Positions 1 through 15,089 of a DNA stretch of 64,000 nucleotides are shown piece by piece. The DNA is taken from assembly GCF_009914755.1 (NCBI RefSeq), contig NC_060947.1. One strand, given 5' to 3'. Numbering within the stretch: the first letter of the stretch is position 1; each line of letters starts with the position of its first letter. A model generated the notes under the pieces. It searched no databases, was not told the DNA's origin, and was given only the letters and a program-made list of their open reading frames with translations. The stretch comes from the human T2T-CHM13v2.0 reference genome, Homo sapiens. The position numbers and the translations under genes were made by a program.

Positions 1-34
<34 letters not shown>
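1..34. repeat. (AT)n microsatellite, truncated by window edge
   Basis: Pure AT dinucleotide run. Confidence 0.95.
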
Positions 35-37
<3 letters not shown>

Positions 38-940
38 GGTTTTATAGGTTCATGTCCCATCATTACAATCAGTAACACCGGTACCACAAATCTGTCCCAC
101 ATTTCCAATATTTTGTCATTTCCAAAATTTTATATAAATGAAATCAAACAGTAAGTAACTGTTTTGAATTGGCTTTTTTCTCTCAGAATTATACTCTGAG
201 TATCATCCAAGTTGTTGAGTGTATTGATAGTTCATTCTTTTTTATTGTTGAGTGGTGTGTGTGTACTATAATTTGCTTAAACATTTACCTGTTTAAGGAT
301 ATCTCCCAGATTTTTAGCTATGACAAATAAATATTCCACAGACATTTGTGTACAGGTTTCTGTGTGAACATAAGTCTTCATTTTGCTAAGATGAAGAACG
401 CGATTGCTAGAGCATATAATAATTGCATATCTTGTTTTATAAGAAACTGCCAAACTATTTTTCAGAGTGACTGTACAATTATACATTCTCACCAGCAATG
501 CACGAGTGATCCAATGTCTCCATATCCTCCCCAGCATTTTGTGTTGTCACTGATTTTTATTTTAGCAATTCTGATACGTATGTAGTGATATCTCATTATG
601 ATTTTAATTTGCATCTCTCTCATTGCTAATGGTGTTGGGCATCTTTTCAAGTATTTATATGCCATCTGTGCAGCCGTATGTCTTTGCCCATTTTCTAATT
701 GGGTTTTTGTTGGCTTTTATTTGTTTATTTCACATTTTTACTGTTGAGTTTAAGAGTTATTTGTATTCTGAATAGTATTTCTTTGTTAGATATATGGCTT
801 GTAAATATTTTCTTTTAGTCTGTATTTATTTTTTCATCCTCTTCACAATGGTCTGAGAACTTTTTGGTTCTGAATCACACAGATTTTCTCATGTTTTTTT
901 TTTCTCAAAGTTTTAATGTGATTCACTTTCAGTTAATTAT

Positions 941-1241
941 CATTATTATTACTTTTTTGAGACAGGGTCTGGCTCTGTCACCCAGACTGGAGGGCAGTCG
1001 CCCAATCTCTGCTCACTGCAACCTCGGCCTTCTGGGGCTCAAATGATTCTCCCACCTCAGCCACCCGAGTAGCTGGGATTACAGATGCGCCCTACCATGC
1101 CCTGCTAATTTTTGTATTTTTTATAGAGATGGGGTTTCACCGTATCGCCTAGGCTGGTCTCAAACTCCTGAGCTCAAGTGATCCACCCGCCTCAGCCTCT
1201 CAAATTGCTGGGATTACAGGCATGAGCCACTGCACCCAGCC
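941..1241 (-). mobile_element. Alu (AluJ-like)
   Basis: Reverse-complement Alu dimer; degenerate TSD CACTTTCA..TAATT on both sides. Confidence 0.9.
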
Positions 1242-1828
1242 CACTTTCAACTAATTTTTATATAAGGTGTTAGGTTTAGATCAAGCCTTTATTTTCTTAC
1301 TTTCTGGTTTTTTTCCCCATAGGAATGTCCAATTTCCTTAGCACCATTTTATTGAAAAAGCTATCCTTTCTCCACTGAATTGCTCTTCCACCATTGTCAA
1401 AAATCAGTTGAGCATATTTGTGTCTGTCTATTTCTGGATTCTCTATTGTGTTTCATTGATCTGTGCAGCCATACCTGCCCCAATACCACACTGTCTTGAC
1501 TACAGCCTTATTATCAGATAGGTAATTCCTCAAATTTTTGTTGTTTTTCAAGATTATTTAAGCTATTCTAGGACCTGTGTCTTTCCATACAAATTTTAGA
1601 ATAAGCTTGTCTATGTCTGCAAGAACTTTGCTGGGATTTAGATAGGAACTACATTAAACCTATAGATCAGTTTGTGGAGAATTGACGCCTTTACTGTACT
1701 GAGCCTTCCAATCAACTAACACAGTGTACTTCACCATTTATTTACTTCTTCTTTGATTGTTTTCATCACTATATTGTAATAGTGTTCAGCACACAAATAC
1801 TGTTCATGTTTTGTTAAATTCATACCTA

Positions 1829-2209
1829 TGTTTCTTAGTCTACTTGGGCTGCCATAACAAAATCCCATAGCCTGGGTGGCTTAAACAATATAAATTTGTT
1901 TTCTCACAGTTCTAGAGACTGGAAATCAGAGATCATGGTGTCAGCATGGTCAGGTTCTGGTGAGGGCTCTCTTTCTGTGCTCAGATGACCTTTCTCAGAG
2001 AAAAGCAGGGAAAGAGAGTGAGAGAAAGAGAGAGAGATTCCTTCCTATTCCTATAAATCCACTAATCCTATCAAATTAGAAACCCATCATTATGACTCAG
2101 TTAACCTTAATTATCCCCTAAAGTCCTCATCTCTAAATATATTTACATTGGGGGTTAAGGCCTCAACAGATAAATTTGGTGGGGAGAGGACACAATTCAG
2201 TCCATAGCA
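1829..2209 (-). mobile_element. MaLR solo LTR (MLT1A/B-like)
   Basis: Begins ttagtc..gggctgccataacaaaat..ctgggtggcttaaacaa and ends ggacacaattcagtccatagca; 5-bp TSD-like CTATG/CTAAG. Confidence 0.75.
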
Positions 2210-3225
2210 CTAAGTAGCTTGTTTTCTTTGCAGTAATTGTGAATGGTACTGTTTTTAATTTGCTTTCCTCATGTTCACTATTACTATAAAGAAATAGGAT
2301 TAATTTTAATGTGTCGATCTTTTATCCTGTGACATGGCTAAACTCACTTACACTAAGTACTAGAATTTTTCTCTTGTATTAATACTAAGACTTTTTGGTA
2401 GACTCCTTGGAAATTTATACATAGACAATCATGTCATCTGCAAATAGAGATAATTTAATTTTTCCCCCAATTTGTATAACTTTTTAAAAATCTTGCTTTA
2501 TTGCACCAACTGGACCTGGTATTATGTTGAGTAAAAGTGGTGAGATCATAAATCCTTGCCCTGTTCCCAATCTTAGGGGAAAACATTTAGTCTTTATCAT
2601 TAAGTATATTAGCAGTTTTCTTGTAGATATTCTTTATAAAGTTTTGGAATTTGGGGCTTTTGACAAACTCTCTGTAACTATTGATAGGATTTTCCTTTTT
2701 CCGCTCTTTGATGTGTTGAATTACACTGACTGACTTTTGAATGTTGATCCAGGAGCCTCGAAACCCTGGAATAAATCCCACTTTATCATAGGCATAATTT
2801 TTTTATATTTTTGGGTTCATTTGGTTAGTGTTTGTTGAGGACCTTTGCATCTCAATTCATGAGAGATATTACTCTACAGTTTTCTCTTCGCATTGACTTT
2901 GTATGGTTTTAGTATCAGGGTAATACTGGCTTCATAAAATGTGTTGGGAGCTTTTCTTCCTTTTCTGTTTTCTCCAGGAAATTGTGTAAAATTGGTATTA
3001 GTTCTTCCTTTAAAGATTCATAATGTTCCAGTGAATATTTATTATAAGAAATTGAAGCAATCTGGCTTTGGAGATTTTTTTTTATCAGGAGCTTTTATAG
3101 TAAAAGTTACTTCTTTTTTATTGTTAGGGCCCTTCAGATGATCAATTGCATACTGGTGAGTGTTGGTAATTTGTGTTTTTCAAGGAATTTGTCATAAATT
3201 ATTTAATTATCATAATATCCATTAA

Positions 3226-3624
<399 letters not shown>

Positions 3625-3825
3625 TGATCTGTAGTGATATTCCTATTTAATTACTGATACTGTTGATTTGTGTATTTTTTTCTTCTTTCGTTCAGTCTGC
3701 TAAAGGTTTATCAATGTTGGTGATTTTTTTTTTTGAAGAACCAACTTTTTGTTTCATTGATTTTCTCTATTATTGTCATGTTTTCAATTTCATTAATTTG
3801 TGTTCTTGTCTTCTTTTTTAATTAT

Positions 3826-4171
<346 letters not shown>

Positions 4172-4759
4172 TAGTTTTCTCTTGTTTTTCTACTTTCTTG
4201 ATGTGAGACCTTAGGTTATTTTTAAAAACATTTTCTCATTCACTGCTGTAAATTTTCTCAGCATTTCTTTAGTTGCATCCTACATATATTGATATGTTGT
4301 CTTTTATTCTCATCAGTTGTATGTATTTTAATTTTAATTTTGAGACTTCTCTTTGACCCATTTATTACTTAGTAGTGTGTTAATTTCTACATATGTAGAG
4401 ATATACCTGTTTTAAAAAATTGATTTGATGATTGATTCCTTTATGGTTGCCTTTTCACTCTGTTGATTGTTTCCTGGGTTTTTTTTTTTTTTTTGGCTAT
4501 GATTTCTACTTCTTCTAGAAGTCTTAAAGTTTGGGGTCTTACGTTTAAGTCTTTAATTCATTTTGAGTTTATTTTTGTACATATTGTGAGATAAGATCCA
4601 ATTTCATTCTTTTGCATGTGGATAGCTAGTTTTCCTAATACTGTTTTTTGATGAGACCGTCATTTTCCCATTGTGTATTCCTGGCACCGTTGTTGAAGAT
4701 CACTTGACCATATAAGTCTGGTATTATTTTCGGGGTCTCTATTGTGTCCCTTTGGCTAA

Positions 4760-5097
<338 letters not shown>

Positions 5098-5936
5098 TAT
5101 ATGTCTGTTTTTATGCCAGTACCATACTATTTTGATTACTGTAGCTTTATAGTACACTATGAAATCAATTTTGTTTTTCCTTCTCCAGATTGATTTGGGT
5201 ATTTATGGTCTTCTGTGGTTCCAGACGAAGTTTAGAATTATTTTTTCTATTCCCGTAAACAAACATGCCATTAGGATTTTGATAGGTTTACAATGAATCT
5301 GTAGATCACTCTGGGTATTAGGGATATTTTAACACTATTAAGTCTTCAGATCCATGAACACTTCCATTTGCTTGTTTCTTGTTTAATTTTCTTCATCAAT
5401 ATTTTGTAATTTTCTGTATACAAGTCTTTCACCTCCTTCAGTAAGTTTTTATCTATGTATTTTATTCTTTTTGGTGTTCTTGTAAATGAGTTTGTTTTCC
5501 TAGTTTCCTTTTTAGATAATTCGTTATTAGTGTATAGAAATGCAATTGATTTTTATATGTTGATTTGTATCCTGCAATTTTATTGAATACATTTATTCTA
5601 ACAATTTTTAGAGGAATCTTTAGGGTTTTCTAAATATAAGATCATATTACCTGCAAAAGGGACAATTTTACTTTTTACTTTCTGATTTAGCTCCCTTGAA
5701 TTATTATTATTATTTTTTGATTAATTGTTCTGAATAGGACTGCTGGTACTATGATGAATAGAAGTGGTGAAAGGGGCATCCTTGTCTTGTCCCTGATCTT
5801 AGAGGAAAAGCCTTCACTTTTTCACCATTAAGTATGATGTTAGCTCTGAGCTTTTCATATACAGCCTTTATTTGTTGAGATAATTTTCTTCTGGAACTCC
5901 CATAAGTCATATATTGGATTGCTTGATGGTGCTCTA

Positions 5937-6492
5937 TGTTGGGAAAAAGTCTTATGGGGTGCCTGTATAAACTGGCCATAAAAACATGGAACAATAAGTT
6001 GTGGAAAGCCACAAGAGGCCTCTGAGGAGGAAAGCCTTCTTATCGCCATTATGTTCCCATGCTCTGAGCGAGACTTGGTCTCTTATCCATAAACATTGTG
6101 TTCAAGGAGAAAGACACTCCTTTGAAGCATTGGAATGTGGCCAGATGTGCAGGCTCTTAGTTAAGGCCGCTCCCACTAGCCACTCTCTGATAAGTTAAAG
6201 ATATGCTGTTTGAGCACAAAGGAGATTCATTTAAACCGCTATTGCTATAGATTACGCCTATGACGCACTGCCTCCCTTTCACTGTTTCGCCCTGAACATC
6301 TGCTTCTTAGATTTAAGTGATCATACTCAATAAATAGTGTGGAGACTAGAACTCTGGGCCTTTTGCAGCCTCCATTTTGCAACTGGCCCCCTGGCTCCCA
6401 CCTTTATGAACTCTTAACCTGTCTCTTATCATTCCTTTGTCGCCACCAGACTTTGGGTACCCTACTGGTGGTGTTGAGGCTGGTACCCAATA
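5937..6492 (+). mobile_element. HERV-K-class solo LTR, most similar to LTR14 (HERV-K(C4)/HML-10)
   Basis: 556 bp; TGTTGGG...CCCAATA termini (terminal CA mutated to TA); perfect 6-bp TSD GCTCTA (5931-5936, 6493-6498); AATAAA at 6329. Family name from recall. Confidence 0.75.
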
Positions 6493-7607
6493 GCTCTATG
6501 TATCTCTTAAGCTTTCTTCACTTTTTCATTACTCTTCTGTCTCTGCTTAAGTTCCTGCTGGTACCACCTGGAAAAAAGAAGGTGCTTCCTTTTGCCTTCC
6601 AAGTATCATAAAGTGAGTTATGGGGAATCCAAAGCAATGGTGCAGAAAGTGTTTCCCCTGATTTTTTTTCCAGCCCCCCATAGCCAGCGAACTTTCCACT
6701 TTATCTCTGCCAGTGCAGACAGGAGTGGGCTGCCTTCCGCCATTGTGTGGAGGAGCAGGAGCCATGAGTCTGGGTGGAAGGTTAGGAGACCCCAGCCCAA
6801 TTCACCTTCTGCCACTGGGTAAAGAGCCAGGAGACAACAGGCCTGGATTGTCTTAAGCCATTCGGTATAGGGCCAGGACCCACTGGATGTAGGTAGCGGT
6901 CTACCAATGGGTAGAAGATCAGGAGACACTGGACTTAGGCTGCCCTCTGCAGTTGGGTGGAGTGCTGGAAGACACCGGGCCAGCTGGCATTAGCATTTCA
7001 GGTAGAAAGGCTCATCTCTGGCCTCCTGGTATGGGGCAGAGAGTATGTTAACCTACCTGGGTCCCCCTGTTACTGCTGTGGGTAGGTCTGATCCTGTCAT
7101 TGCTGCTGGCTGGTGTAGGTGTGGGGGATGGATTGGTCTTCTCTCCTGCAGCTTTGCTGGTGCAGCTACTCCCGGCAGATCAGCCAGCTGCTGCCACTGG
7201 ATATGAATCTCCCTGCTAAGTTCCTGCTAAGCTTTCCCTTTCCTGAACCTTTGTTCAGAGAAAGCAGGCTTTTCTTTTGCATTTCTTTATTTGTTTATCT
7301 ATTTTTGGTCTACCCTATTGGCAGTTTCTGGGTTGCACACCTCCCAGACACCCAGTTTGGGATACACGAGTGATATAAAGAAAACCTGGGGAGCTCATTA
7401 TGGTGTCTTCTTCAAGTCCTGAGGCTCCTTTCCAGTCTACCTTCTTCCTATATTTGAGAATCTGTTAAATTATTTTCAAGATATTTAGTTGTATTTAGAG
7501 GGAAGGAACAGGGAAAAGTAAGCCTATGCCATTGTCCCAGAGCCAGACTAAAACCACTAAGTTTTGACATACTACAATCTAAATATCTTTATTTTTTTTC
7601 TCTCTAG

Positions 7608-7717
7608 GTTACATTTCTGGTTCCAGCTAAGAAAGGTGATGAAAAGTTGCTTTTTAGACAAAATAAGCCCTTACCCTCAAAGGAAAGTTGCTCCTGAAAT
7701 ACAAGCAGAAATCAGTG
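7608..7717 (+). other. Candidate 110-bp internal exon of an unidentified transcript
   Basis: Pyrimidine tract tctttattttttttctctctAG before it; GTG|GTAAGT consensus donor after it; one open frame. Confidence 0.4.
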
Positions 7718-8049
7718 GTAAGTCATACAGCAAATATCTAAAGCATTTTAGGTATTTGTTTTTAGACCGTTGTCCAGGATCTGCTCTACTCACCTACAAG
7801 AAAGAAGGTGCTTCTTTTTGCCTTCCATTTTAGCCAATTGTCCAGGATCTGCTCTACTCACTCCAGAAAAATTGGAAACCAAGCTTCTACTAGTTCTCTA
7901 AGTATTATACTGGAGCTAGTAGATTTTTATTCAAACACTTAAAGTTTCAGGACATAGTAAGGCAAGAAACAGAGAACATAATAAAAATGTGTTGTTTATC
8001 TCAGTTGCAATGAGAATATCTAACACCCAGATAATTGTTTCTAAGTATC

Positions 8050-9486
<1,437 letters not shown>

Positions 9487-9588
9487 CCTTGTAACATTTC
9501 TATGTTTGAAGTCACCTCAACATAGAAAGTTCAGAATTTTTTTTCTAATCATACATCACAGACTGCCTGGATGGGAGCATATGTGTAT

Positions 9589-9593
9589 ACACA

Positions 9594-9631
<38 letters not shown>
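9589..9631. repeat. Compound (CA)n(GA)n microsatellite
   Basis: Seen directly. Confidence 0.95.
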
Positions 9632-9632
<1 letters not shown>

Positions 9633-11028
9633 GAGTTTCAGGTAATTTTCATGCTGGAACAATGAATTCCAACTTGGTGATGCTATGCCAAGTAAACAGT
9701 AATGTCTGAAACTTTTGAACACAGATTTCAAACCAATTAGCTCCAAACCTATGTACACATAAATTCAAATAATAACATCACCATCTTTGAGTACTTATAA
9801 TATACTTGGCACTGTTTTAAATGCCTAAAATGAATTATCTTAGTCCTTACAAGACCATTATGAGGTATCCTCTGACATGAGATAGTTGATATGATTTTCC
9901 TAATTCCACAATAGAAGAAGCAGAAGCACTTGCTGAGGCATCTCAGATAATGTGTTGAAGGTCATGTTGCCAGAAAGGGGTGTGGTGGGATTTGAACCCA
10001 GGTGGCCTGACACTGTGCCTGTGATCTTTAACTTAAACTAAGCACATGGTGCCCTAATAGTTTTGAAGTGGGGTGAGACACGTAAACCCATATCCTTTGC
10101 GATCTGCTACAGGGGCCAGGTAAGAAACCTGTTCCTTGAATGCCCCAGGCTGTATCTGGCCCACAGGACCTCATCATGCATGCTGTTCCTCTGTCTGGAC
10201 AACTCTTCACACACCTTCAACTCAGTTAACTGCCACTCACTTTTCACATCTGAACTTACTGGTCAGTCACTTGGGGAGACTGTACCCCCTAAACAAGATT
10301 ATAGTTTCCTGCCACATGCCGTCAGAGCCCACTGAATTCTGCCTGTCACACAACATATTCATCACAGTCGAAGATTATTTACTTGTCTGCCTCCCCCAGC
10401 AGACTGTGAATTCTCTGAAATCAGGGTTCATGCTTGCCTTGCTCAGCCCTGAAGCCCCAGATCCCCACTGCACAGAAGTGTGAGGCCCACAGATCTGAGA
10501 GGTGAAATCAGGGAGTTAGTATGGGAATACTGGGGTATATAGGAGTAATTCATCAACATCCTTTTTCTATTAATTCAAGTCAGGCTAAAACGGATGAAAA
10601 GGATTTACGTTTTCCTGGAATGGAAAATGATAGAGGATAAGATTAATTAGCCTGAATGAATCAAGATCGCATTCACTATTAGGGAAGGGTAAGCGAGAAC
10701 AGACTGTGAGGGCAAGATGTTTATGGGAAATGTTTTCTTATTCTTAAAAACAAAAACAAAAACAAAAAAACTGCACTAAAGGGAAAACCAGCGACTCTTA
10801 TTCTGTTGGACCCTATTGTGCCTGGATATGGTATCTGAAACTGTTACTATAGATGAAAGTATCATAAGTGAGATATCAACCAGATGCCAAGGACTTTCTT
10901 CCTGTGCCATATGGAGAAAAGAATCCGCTGCCTGCTGACTTCTGATCCTCCTCCCAGATTCTCATCCGTGCCTTTTGGTGTCCGCAAAAGATTCAAAACT
11001 ACACAGAGCTATGTTTGTTCCTACGAAG

Positions 11029-11047
11029 TTCCACTGGAGGGCGCAAT
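11029..11047 (+). promoter_or_regulatory. Putative CTCF binding site
   Basis: CCACTGGAGGGCGC closely matches the CTCF core (CCASYAGRKGGCRS), in non-repeat sequence with several retained CpGs. Confidence 0.55.
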
Positions 11048-11298
11048 ATCATTACTGTTACCAGCTAATAGAACGTAACCTGTTAGGGCTAACATGAATA
11101 ATTTACAGCGCATTTTTATAAGCTCTCTTAGTATAGGCCACCCAAGAGAGAAAACAGTTTTGTGCCTTAGATGAAAGGACAACACAGGAAATTATAACAA
11201 TGGTAACAATCCTTTTCTTCATCATCCCCCAGGAGTCCTGGTTGCTTCCTCTGCAAATCAGTGATGGCTTATACAAAGAACAGTATTAAAGACTCCGC

Positions 11299-11604
<306 letters not shown>

Positions 11605-12319
11605 AAGATTCTGCTAACCTGTGGCGGGTCTGTTTGGGTCCCTGTGTATTCTTTCCTAGGAAAAGCATGAGGATTAGGGTTGGGCCATAGGGTCTCATTC
11701 CTCCAAGAGTAATGGAACACCAGCTGCAGCAGCTCCAGTCTGTAGCAAGGGTTCAGAACTTGTCCATGACAAGGTCTCAAAACCCATCTTTCAAGAAAAG
11801 CCAGGCTTGGCCCGTGGCTCTGCCTGCCCATACATTATTATCATCTGCCAAATACAATATAGTAGTTGATCAGGGGACAACTTCCAGGAAAACACAGCTG
11901 CAAGTCTCTCTGATATTTCATGGTTCTTCACCACTAGAGAGTCCCAGAGGTGAAAGCTCTGAGGCAGGCTTCCCCACTTTCCAGGTAACTGCTATTTCTG
12001 GGAACTTTTAGTATACCCCACCTAGTGTACAGGAACACAAAGGGAAGCTGCTACTTTGAGCAAAGCATCCCTGTGTGTGGGCCTCTGATGTAGCTGTCGC
12101 TTTCTAATATGTCTGGTGTGATTACGTGTATTCATTATTCTACTTTACAATAACCAGTATAAAACAGTATGCTTTCTTTTGCTTCACTCTGACCTTGGAC
12201 AAGTCACTCACCCTCTTTGAGTCAGCTTTCTTATTTTATAGTGCGTGGAAATGTCACCTATCTCACAGTCTACTGGAATTTGCCACAGTACCTACACATT
12301 TGTAATAGTCATATTTTTT

Positions 12320-12890
12320 TCTTTCAACAATATATTTCAGGTATCAACTGTATGCAAGACATTATTCTATGCACTTGAGATACAGCAGCAAACAAGAAAG
12401 ACAAGATCCCCATGCCCATGTAGCATACATTCTAAGGGGCAGAAAGACAGACACAGTTTAAATATATATATATATTTCAGACATTGATAAATGTTATGCA
12501 GAAAGTGAAGTCAGATAGCGGGATAGAATGTGAGAAGGCATGAAAGGAGCTGCTTGAGATAGAATGTCCTTTAAAGACCTGTCCAAAGATGTGACACTGA
12601 ATGATAAGGATCCAGTATGTGAAAACTTGGGAGATCCATGTTTCAGCAAGCATAATGGTCCTGAAGTGATTTGATTGGCATGTTTTAGGGACTAAAAGAA
12701 TTTCAGGCTGGCTGGAGAATGTTGGATGAGAGGAAGACTTGTAGGAGATGAAGTTGGAAAGGTAATGAGTGGCCAGTTCACATAGTAGTGTGAAGACATT
12801 TGAATTGTATTTCATTTTCAGTGCATTGAGGAATCACTGGAAGAGTTTGAAACAACAGAAGGATGTGATTTGACTTTCATTCTAAGAATC
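12320..12890 (-). mobile_element. L2 LINE 3' fragment
   Basis: ttcaacaa..tattt..tatgcaagacattattcta..gatacagcag..aacaag is the reversed L2 3' end. Confidence 0.65.
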
Positions 12891-12939
12891 TCATGAATGG
12901 ATGAAAATGAAGGATCAAAACTATTTTCTGAAAATACTA

Positions 12940-13935
12940 AAACAGGATTGGCCATTTCCATTGTTGTTATTTGCACTAATGGTACAAAAGCAATGATGGG
13001 TAAAACCGCTAGGGTCAGCACAAATCAAGGCAGTGGCATCAAACTACACCACACTACTGTACTAGTTGTCGAATTCCTCATTGCCACATGAAAAGAAACA
13101 TACACACACACCCCATACATGCATATATATGTAGTCAAATCTCAACCCTTGAGTACACATCTTTTTAATATTCTTGAGGATGAACAAAAAAGTGAAAATG
13201 TACTGGTAAAGACCTTCTGTTCAGTACCAAAGCCAGATGATTGTCTCAAGGAAAAGAAATTGTGTGATTATTTGAGTTGCTAGCTTAACCAGGGGTCCCC
13301 AGCTCCCAGGTGGGGGACTGGTACTGGTATGTGGCTTATTAGGAACTGGGCCACACAGCAGGAGGTGAGTGGAGGGCAAGCAAGTATTATGGCTGAGCTC
13401 AGCCTCCTGTCAGGTCAGCAGCTATGTTACATTCTCATAGGAGCAAGAATCTTATTGCTAACTGAGCATGTGAGGGACTTAGGTTGCGTGCTCCTTATGA
13501 GAATCTAATGCCTGATGATAGGAAGTGGAAGAGTTTCATCCAGACACCATCCTCCCCTCACAACCCCATCCATGGAAAAATTGTGTTCCATGAAACCAGT
13601 CCCTGGTGCCAAAAAGGTTAGGGACCGCTGAGCCTAACTAGCTGGGATTTTCTCCTGTGAATTACATTTTTCTTGAAAGGACCACTGACAGACAAGCTGT
13701 GGTTATTCAGACGTGGGTATGTGAAAGATGTCTTGAAGATAAACAAAGGGAGCTTTGTTTCAACAAAAACGACTTACAGCATTTACTGCCAATGATAAAA
13801 CTGGACTCGAACAAAAATTAGAATTTTTGGAAAACATGAATCTGCCATCATAAGCTTGATATCTGCACAATACTTAGAGACTATTCGGATAATATCAGGG
13901 CTATTGTCAATGAATGTGACTTTAAATTAGTTTGT
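12940..13935. mobile_element. Charlie1-type hAT DNA transposon fragment, interrupted by MER1B
   Basis: Transposase remnant ICTNGTKAMMGKTA (cf. the CTDGA-AM-GK motif) in ORF 12897-13091; homology continues after the MER1B. Confidence 0.7.
13290..13630 (+). mobile_element. MER1B (hAT-Charlie non-autonomous element)
   Basis: CAGGGGTCCCC...GGGACCGCTG terminal inverted repeats, ~340 bp; 8-bp TSD AGCTTAAC/AGCCTAAC. Confidence 0.85.
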
Positions 13936-15089
13936 ATAATTCTTTTTAATTGATTTTTTATTGTGGAAAAATATACATAACATACAGTTTCCCATTTTAA
14001 CCATGTTAAGTGTAGAATTCAGTGGCATTACCTACACTTCTCTTGTTGTACACCATCATCTCTATCCATACCCAGAATATTTTATCAAACCACACTGAAG
14101 CTCTGTTCCCATTAACCTATAACTCCCCATTACCCCAGCTCCTGGTAGAACAGAATCATAAAGATAGACTATATCATAGAGATGGGGGGAGGAGCCAAGA
14201 TGGCCAAATAGGAAGAGCTCTGGTCTACAGCTCCCAGTGTGAGCCATGCAGAAGACGGGTGATTTCTGCATTTCCATCTGAGGTACCGGGTTCATCTCAC
14301 TAGGGAGTGCCAGACAGTGGGCGCAGGTCAGTGGGTGCGTGCACCCTACGCGAGCCGAAGCAGGGCGAGGCAGTGTCTCACTCGGGAAGCGCAAGGGGTC
14401 AGGGAGTTCCCTTTCCTAGTCAAAGAAAGGGGTGAGAGATGGCACCTGGAAAATCGGGTCACTCCCACCCCAATACTGCGCTTTTCCAACGGGCTTAAAA
14501 AACGCGCACCAGGAGATTATATCCCGCACCTGGCTTGGAGGGTCCTACGCCCACGGAGTCTCGCTGATTGCTAGCACAGCAGTCTGAGATCAAACTGCAA
14601 GGCGGCAGCGAGGCTGGGGGAGGGGTGCCCGCAATTGCCCAGGCTTGTTTAGGTAAACAAAGCAGCCAGAAGCTCGAACTGGGTGGAGCCCACCACAACT
14701 CAAGGAGGTCTGCCTGCCTCTGTAGGCTCCACCTCTGGGGGCAGGGCACAGACAAAAAAAAAGACAGCAGTAACCTCTGCAGACTTAAATGTCCCTGTCT
14801 GACAGCTTTGAAGAGAGCAGTGGTTCTCCCAGCACGCAGCTGGAGATCTGAGAACGGACAGACTGCCTCCTCAAGTGGGTCCCTGACCCCTGACCCCCGA
14901 GCAGCCTAACTGGGAGGCAACCCCCAGCAGGGGCAGACTGACACCTCACACGGCCGGGTACTCCAACAGACCTGCAGCTGAGGGTCCTGTCTGTTAGAAG
15001 GAAAACTAACAAACAGAAAGGACATCCACACCAAAAACCCATCTGTACATCACCATCATCAAAGACCAAAAGTAGATGAAACCACAAAG

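Noticed and set aside
7770-7861. 24-bp direct repeats with a 44-bp spacer, superficially CRISPR-like
   Set aside because: Only two units, mammalian context, no cas genes; better explained as a local duplication.
14495-14635. LINE-1 antisense ORF0
   Set aside because: Start codon mutated (reads IAGTPPPASL rather than MAGAPPPASL) and the frame ends early.
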